Source: Flectonema sp. DT1601 | Lineage: Eukaryota | Direction: 5' to 3' | Length of the DNA stretch: 64,000 nucleotides | Assembly (NCBI GenBank): GCA_964019425.1 | Contig: OZ025802.1 | Span: forward strand, 124,001-188,000 | Shown here: positions 58,365-64,000 of the stretch, in pieces | Numbering within the stretch: the stretch's first letter is position 1 | How the letters are laid out: each line of letters starts with the position of its first letter | The notes under the pieces: model-generated | Seen by the model: the letters and a program-made list of their open reading frames with translations, nothing else | What the model was told of the DNA's origin: nothing | Databases searched by the model: none | Made by a program: the position numbers and the translations under genes

Positions 58365-58489
58365 AACCATTCAGATTAGCCTTGTATTTCGTTGAAACGC
58401 AGACAGTATCTTGTCGCACGAAGAAAATAAATCATGACCATAAGAAATAATTTTAATCTGAATAGTTACTTCTCCGACTATGTCGGTTC
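58365..58489 (+). mobile_element. Short Helentron/HINE-like element, most complete copy
   Basis: AACCATTCAGATT (58365-58377) and AATCTGAATAGTT (58455-58467) form a 12/13 inverted repeat, followed by hairpin CCGAC-TAT-GTCGG (58474-58486). A runs on both sides. Confidence 0.72.
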
Positions 58490-58763
58490 AAAAAAAAGAA
58501 AGAAAAAAAACAAATAAATAACAATTGTTAGTTTCGCACAAACAAAAAACAAAAATTTTGTTAAATAATTATTAGCAAGTAGGTGAAGACGAAAGGGAAG
58601 CGAGAAAAAGAAAAGAAAAGAAAAAAAAAAAGACGAAAGATTGCGTCCACCAATAGAAGATTCTATTTTTTTTTTTTTTTTTTTCCCGAATATTTTTTGT
58701 CCGTGGATTAATCGTCGGCATGGGAAGAACGCCTGTCTCTGTGAGAGGATAGCTAACTGTCTT

Positions 58764-59678
58764 TCATCCTTTATTTTCAAGTATTGATACAATGACGTTA
58801 AAGTATAATGATTTATTTGAATGCTTATGAAACTTTTTAGCAGTAAAATCTGCAGGTTTTGCGTAGATCTCAAGAGCACGTGGACCCTCCTCTTCCATCT
58901 CATCTCTTGATAGCATGGACCAACAACGCACTGACATGTATGATTTTTTCGGCTTGAAATGTTTAAATTCGAAAAATAAATTCGCATTAGCAGGAATATC
59001 ATCGATCGGTGTTAGTAGGAATACCGGAACGTCAAAATTAACAGCCTGATCGCTTCTTTTTTGTTTTGGAATAGGTGTAAACTGCTCCTCTTCTAAGACA
59101 CGTTTTGACTGGGAACCAGTTCGCAGTGATATTCCGATGAATGGATCGAGGTAATCCATGGCGTCTTTAAGTCCGATGCTTTTTATTTGAATTTTTAGGT
59201 ATCGTTGTCCTGGAGAAACTTTCGGTGCAGGGAACAATTTCCCTTTATTGTCTGTTGCCATACCATCATCGTCGTCGCTGTCTTCAGCTGGTTTATGAAT
59301 TTGAGCGTTATCAATGTGAATAGGCCACTGTTCAGATCCAATAATTAATTCATGTAGACTTTTTATCTTAACTATTTCTGAGTAAGGTATTCCTGGTCCT
59401 TCCATTGCAGTTCCCTTCTTTTGAAGAACAGCTCCACCAGCACTGTGATAATTTAGGTTCGCTAATCTCATTTGTAAAGTACATTGAAATCTATTCAAAG
59501 CTGCTCTCTTTGTTTGTGGTAAATCAGTGTCGTTACTTTGTTTTAGTAAAGACACTACATCTGATAATATATTTCTGTAGATTTCAACTGCCTCAACCAA
59601 CTGTCCCCACTGATCATATTGCAACGCCTTATTAAGTATCGTCTCCCACTTATTAACAGATTCACGTAGTGCTGCCAT
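58764..59678 (-). CDS. AIDA: Axin interactor, dorsalization-associated protein (AIDA N + C2-Aida)
   Basis: YDQWGQLVEAVEIY; IGLKDA..Y.DPFI; FFEFKHFKPKK..SVRCW; LEIYAKPADF. Confidence 0.92.
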   Translation of the reverse strand: MAALRESVNKWETILNKALQYDQWGQLVEAVEIYRNILSDVVSLLKQSNDTDLPQTKRAALNRFQCTLQMRLANLNYHSAGGAVLQKKGTAMEGPGIPYSEIVKIKSLHELIIGSEQWPIHIDNAQIHKPAEDSDDDDGMATDNKGKLFPAPKVSPGQRYLKIQIKSIGLKDAMDYLDPFIGISLRTGSQSKRVLEEEQFTPIPKQKRSDQAVNFDVPVFLLTPIDDIPANANLFFEFKHFKPKKSYMSVRCWSMLSRDEMEEEGPRALEIYAKPADFTAKKFHKHSNKSLYFNVIVSILENKG

Positions 59679-60408
59679 GTTAATGGTGACTGGAGTAAGA
59701 ATAAAACACAGTAATAAGTTTTAATTTAGATTGAGAGCCGTTATGTTAAAGACCTATCCGCTAGATACTTTCTCAGGCGAAATACTCATTCGGAGTATTA
59801 AGCAAGTTGATGAGATGAGATCTGATAGAAGAAAAAAAAAGATAAGAATTAAGAAAAAAAATAAATTTTTTTTTTTTTATTAGAAAAAATCACCCCAGAG
59901 GGTGTTGAACATCACAGAAAACGCTCATTTTTTTTTTTTTTTTCCATAAAATAGAAAAACCACTCTTTTTGGTAATGAAATCAAAAAAGTAACAAGAACA
60001 ACGATAAATCGATTGCCATCATTTCGTTGACGACAATTGTGAATAAAAGCAGACCGTTCTAAGTGAGATTTACTTCAGCACTAGAAAACGTCAAAAACAA
60101 CTCTTCTTTCGCTGTAGGCGTCTACCACGAATAAATTAATAAAAGCCTGTTGGTAAACTTACCTTATAAAAACAGAAACATATAACTTTAATAAAAGAAC
60201 CTTTCGATGATTCTAATTTTCGCAGTGTTTGAATCGCACGTATGTATTCACCAAACTGTTCTGTGAAGGAACGGGTGATGAATGGATGAAAAGAGGGTTA
60301 AGGAAAGAAAAAAAAAAAAGAAGAAAATAAATGACAACACCGACTAATATCATCAATAATTTATTGTTTTACTGAACGTAATTAAATATCGATAGTCGGT
60401 GTGAATAC

Positions 60409-61749
60409 CTATTTTGGTTTTCGTAAACTACCAGAGTTATAATTTTTTTTTCGAATTACAATCGTCGGTTTTGCTATCGCTCCTTCCTCAAAAACAGAGT
60501 TCTTCATGAAGAACCTAAACCTATCGCCGTACTCTTTCGGAGGAACAGTACTCAGCGTGTTTGGATTGTTCGTAATAGCCTTCGCAACGTGAGCTATTTT
60601 CTTACTCGTGTTATATTTTTGCAAGTAGTCGATGATTCCCAAGTAGAATCCCGAGCTGCCGCTTTTCACCAAAAGTGAGTTTCCATAAACAGCCTTTGAA
60701 AAACAAGGATGTTGACCAATAAACAAAGAGTAATCCATCAAATCATGTCTCTGTAAGAATGTAATGTCTTTATCAATCTGTTTTATAATCGAAGAATACA
60801 CCGCGGGTTTCGCTGATATTAATTGCTTACCGTTGTTAAGCTTTACCAGTGATAACCAATCATTATCTTTAAGAAGCGGTATTGATTTTTGATGTTCTTT
60901 TTCAGATGCAGCTCGGCCTTGAGTACTTCCTTTAAGATCATAAAGAGTGGAAATTCCAGAGTTTCTCGGAAGTAAATTAAGCAATACAACGTAATGGGTG
61001 ATCTTTCCCTTGGAGGTAGTTACCGTATAGCATGATACAGGAGGATTTATTAGTGAGGATCCGCAGTTTTGAAAATGACTTTTTAAATGAGGAAGAAGTT
61101 CCTGTAGAGCTCGTAGTTCTCCATCTGTCAAACTCTTTATAAGTAAACGTTCGTCTTGTGTTTTTGAAAACGTAGCACCAGACTTACCATCAGAATTCTT
61201 ACTTTCTGTGAATGGATGAGAGAATGATTGTTTCCAACTCGTCGCTGATGTATTTGAAAAATTTCGAATCCACAAATATAACAACGGGGTATGAACTTTA
61301 ACTGAAGCTCCATCAGTGAAATCGATCAGCTTATTATACATTGTTTCGATGGTTAACTCTTTTGGGACATTCGGAACAGCGTATGTATTTGATGATGATG
61401 AGAGGTATGACGTAATCAATTCAGCTACTCTACACATCTCCATTGGATCTGAAGTCTGTTCTGTTGGAGAGCTTGGTCCCTCTTTTTGTTTAACTTTTTC
61501 AGAACTTTTACTGAAGAATCCTCCAAACAAACCCTCAGACTTCACTGGTGATGATGGTACGGTCGGTGGTGAGGATTTCACCACAGCTGCTTGCTTCTTT
61601 TTTATAGATCCATTCAAGTTTGTTTTTCCCTTAATGACAACACCCTTCGAAGGGGTAATTAAGCTGACCTTTGTTGATGCTGCCAGCGGTGGTTTCCTTG
61701 ATACTTTCTTTAGAGGAATTGCTTTCTTGGCAGCAGGTTTTGCAGTCAT
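60409..61749 (-). CDS. Phosphatidylinositol phosphate kinase (PIP5K/PIP4K family)
   Basis: GKSGATF..DERLLIK, YDLKGS, LKDND, MDYSL, GIIDYLQKY. Confidence 0.95.
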   Translation of the reverse strand: MTAKPAAKKAIPLKKVSRKPPLAASTKVSLITPSKGVVIKGKTNLNGSIKKKQAAVVKSSPPTVPSSPVKSEGLFGGFFSKSSEKVKQKEGPSSPTEQTSDPMEMCRVAELITSYLSSSSNTYAVPNVPKELTIETMYNKLIDFTDGASVKVHTPLLYLWIRNFSNTSATSWKQSFSHPFTESKNSDGKSGATFSKTQDERLLIKSLTDGELRALQELLPHLKSHFQNCGSSLINPPVSCYTVTTSKGKITHYVVLLNLLPRNSGISTLYDLKGSTQGRAASEKEHQKSIPLLKDNDWLSLVKLNNGKQLISAKPAVYSSIIKQIDKDITFLQRHDLMDYSLFIGQHPCFSKAVYGNSLLVKSGSSGFYLGIIDYLQKYNTSKKIAHVAKAITNNPNTLSTVPPKEYGDRFRFFMKNSVFEEGAIAKPTIVIRKKNYNSGSLRKPK

Positions 61750-62150
61750 ATTATACTATAAAGTATCCTACCTTATCTGAATAGGATTAAAACAGTCGAT
61801 GAGCTGTGACAACCTAATGACCTGTTGGAAGAATATAAAAAGGTATGAAAACACTGTTAACTTAACTTGTAAAAGAGATTACAAACCTTGGACGAGTTTA
61901 AAAACTCACCCTCACCATTGTTTTTTTTTTTTTAAATTACAGTTGCAAGTATCACCAGACGTTTACAGGACTTCATACATGGGGGAAGGGGGGGGAGAAC
62001 AACAAAAAAAACAAAACCAAAAGAAAGCAAATATAGCAAGGAGTTCACAAACTCTCTCACTCTCACAATTGAGTTGGAAGATGAGAGTTAGTACGGCATC
62101 TTGTTTTCTTCATGAATAAGATTATTGTAATTAAATAACAGAAATATCAA

Positions 62151-63998
62151 CTAAGGAATATGAGGTGCAGTAGGGGGTACTATCCTTTTACTACTCTCAC
62201 AAGCACCAAGCCATGACGGTAACACAAGAATAGAAGAAGAGATGTCTGAAGTCTCAGAGTTGCTAACAATCGAGTGAGTCGCGCTGTGTTGGTCGGTGAC
62301 AATGCGACCTCCACCTGCGCAGACTCGTTTTTTGAAATTTCGGATTTTTTCAAAAGAGAAACTTGGAGAGACGTAGATCAAAACACCCTTTAAGAATGAC
62401 GGAAGCCCAATTATACTTCCCGACTCTGGGAGAGATGATTGTAACTGAACTGTCTGCTGCTGTTGTTGTCTAGCCCATCGCTGTAGTTTTTCAATCCCTC
62501 TGTCGATTTCTTCTCTATCGACATCAACAGTCTCGTCACTCTTTTCATCATCATTTTGCTTTCTGTTTTTGATTTCTCTATCACAACTGCCAGGAGGTGT
62601 CTTATTCTTCGTCTTTTCTATTTCCTTCTCTTTTGCGGGAGATTGACTGATACTGGCAAGTACTTTCTTAGGAGGAGAACCAACCTTCTTCCAGGCAGTT
62701 GTTATAGCGGTCGGTTTTGATGATATCTGAGGTGGTTCTGGTGACGATGTCTTGGGTGGTTCTGGTGTCTTAGTGATAATTTTCTTTTTGGGGGAAGGGG
62801 AAGGCTGAGGAGGTTTTGGTTTTGGTTTTACCTTTTGTTTCGGTTTTTGTTTATTCAATTTCTTATTTTTTTTAACCGGTACGAGATCACCACCTGAGTT
62901 AATACGACAGGCAGAAGACGAGTCAGAATCAAAACCATCCATCGTAGGGTCGCTACTGGCCCAAAAGTCACTACTACTGTCACTACCACTACCACTACCA
63001 CTACTCGCTGTGACGCTACTTTCGTCAGAGTCATCCGATTGAAGACGATATTGGTTTTCAGGTTGTCTTTTATTTTGTTTTTTCGTATCTAAAAGCCACT
63101 CTTTCGACACAATATATCCTTTCCCAGACGCATCAACTTCATTGTATTTTGGTGTATTTGTAAATGCTGTGACTAAGTGAGTCCCTCCATCTTTCCAATC
63201 GTTCGCATACCTCGCTCCTAAACCAACAGCTGCTTCTCTTAACTGACTTCGTATTGGGTTCTGAAATCCACTGAGTACTACACAGGTTCCTTCAAGCGGT
63301 TTTTTGCTGCTTGCTTTTGCCTTCTTTGGAGATGGCTCTTTTTTTGGAGATGCTTTTTTGATGACTTTCTTTGGAGCAGCCTTCTTCGGTTCAGTTTTTG
63401 GAGCTGGTTTCTCCTTCTTCTTTAGCACTTCCTCAATATGAGAATCACTGAAGGAAAAGTCAATAGAGTCTGGGAAAGTTGGTGCGATTTCTATTGTTTT
63501 TTGTTTTTTCGGAGGAGGTTTTTTCTTCGGAGGCGCCTTCGCGATATCCGAATACGTCAGATCGACAGTGTCTGGGAAAGTTGCTGCGATTTCTGGAGGA
63601 GGCGGTGTTTTTTTAAATTCAGTTTTTTGACTCGATGCCTTCTTCCCACTCGATTGTTTTCTCACTAATGTCATTGTACGGAGGGCAGTAAGTGGTGAAT
63701 GACCAATTGAATCACTTTCAGAGTCAGTAAGATCCATCATATCAGGAAGTACTATACTTGGTGATGAAGATATCGGTTCTGGTCTCACTTCTTTTTTTGG
63801 TGACGGTACCACCTCTGCTCCCTTATCTGTAATTTTCAGATAACGAAGACCTATTGGTACTCTTTCACTAAATGGTTGAGTTAATACAACTCTCATTGAT
63901 CGCCATTTCTTTGAGCTGTTTATTCGATGCATCTTATCGGTTTTAAATAGTCTTCGTATGTCCGTGTTTTTCTTCTCTTTGGCTTCTTTACTGCTGCG
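62151..63998 (-). CDS. XRCC1: XRCC1-like DNA repair scaffold (5' partial; NTD end + two BRCT domains)
   Basis: KKWRSMRVVLTQPF..IGL (NTD end); LSGFQNPIRSQLR..GARY..DW..THLV.AF.NTPKY (BRCT1); C-terminal BRCT. Frame stays open to the window edge. Confidence 0.92.
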   Translation of the reverse strand, partial: RSSKEAKEKKNTDIRRLFKTDKMHRINSSKKWRSMRVVLTQPFSERVPIGLRYLKITDKGAEVVPSPKKEVRPEPISSSPSIVLPDMMDLTDSESDSIGHSPLTALRTMTLVRKQSSGKKASSQKTEFKKTPPPPEIAATFPDTVDLTYSDIAKAPPKKKPPPKKQKTIEIAPTFPDSIDFSFSDSHIEEVLKKKEKPAPKTEPKKAAPKKVIKKASPKKEPSPKKAKASSKKPLEGTCVVLSGFQNPIRSQLREAAVGLGARYANDWKDGGTHLVTAFTNTPKYNEVDASGKGYIVSKEWLLDTKKQNKRQPENQYRLQSDDSDESSVTASSGSGSGSDSSSDFWASSDPTMDGFDSDSSSACRINSGGDLVPVKKNKKLNKQKPKQKVKPKPKPPQPSPSPKKKIITKTPEPPKTSSPEPPQISSKPTAITTAWKKVGSPPKKVLASISQSPAKEKEIEKTKNKTPPGSCDREIKNRKQNDDEKSDETVDVDREEIDRGIEKLQRWARQQQQQTVQLQSSLPESGSIIGLPSFLKGVLIYVSPSFSFEKIRNFKKRVCAGGGRIVTDQHSATHSIVSNSETSDISSSILVLPSWLGACESSKRIVPPTAPHIP

Positions 63999-64000
63999 TA

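Overview
This is AT-rich eukaryotic nuclear DNA. All 19 well-supported protein-coding genes lie on the minus strand and most are intronless. Seven short GTATG(T/C)...CAG introns can be reconstructed, all in the 3' parts of three genes. That layout suggests a euglenozoan (diplomonad-unrelated, diplonemid-like) polycistronic unit; this is inference. Genes: BBOF1/CFAP157-like coiled-coil protein, CNBD-containing channel, kinesin-U-box-F-box fusion, GH43, NO66/RIOX-type JmjC, ARM/coiled-coil protein, Kv channel, FYVE-3xDEP-split PH protein, GT31, VPS13 with a C-terminal DysF domain, HSL esterase, ARP4-like, a coiled-coil protein, EDC4-like WD40 gene plus a double-WD40 paralog, CAMK-like pseudokinase, AIDA, PIP5K and a 5'-partial XRCC1. 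Non-genic features: a decayed piggyBac (TTAA sites intact), a family of ~90-125 bp Helentron/HINE-like elements, and a second dispersed ~90-100 bp element. The most striking feature is two tandem arrays 28 kb apart (14 and 12 units) of one near-invariant, structured 158-172 bp unit that carries box C/D-like motifs on the transcribed strand.
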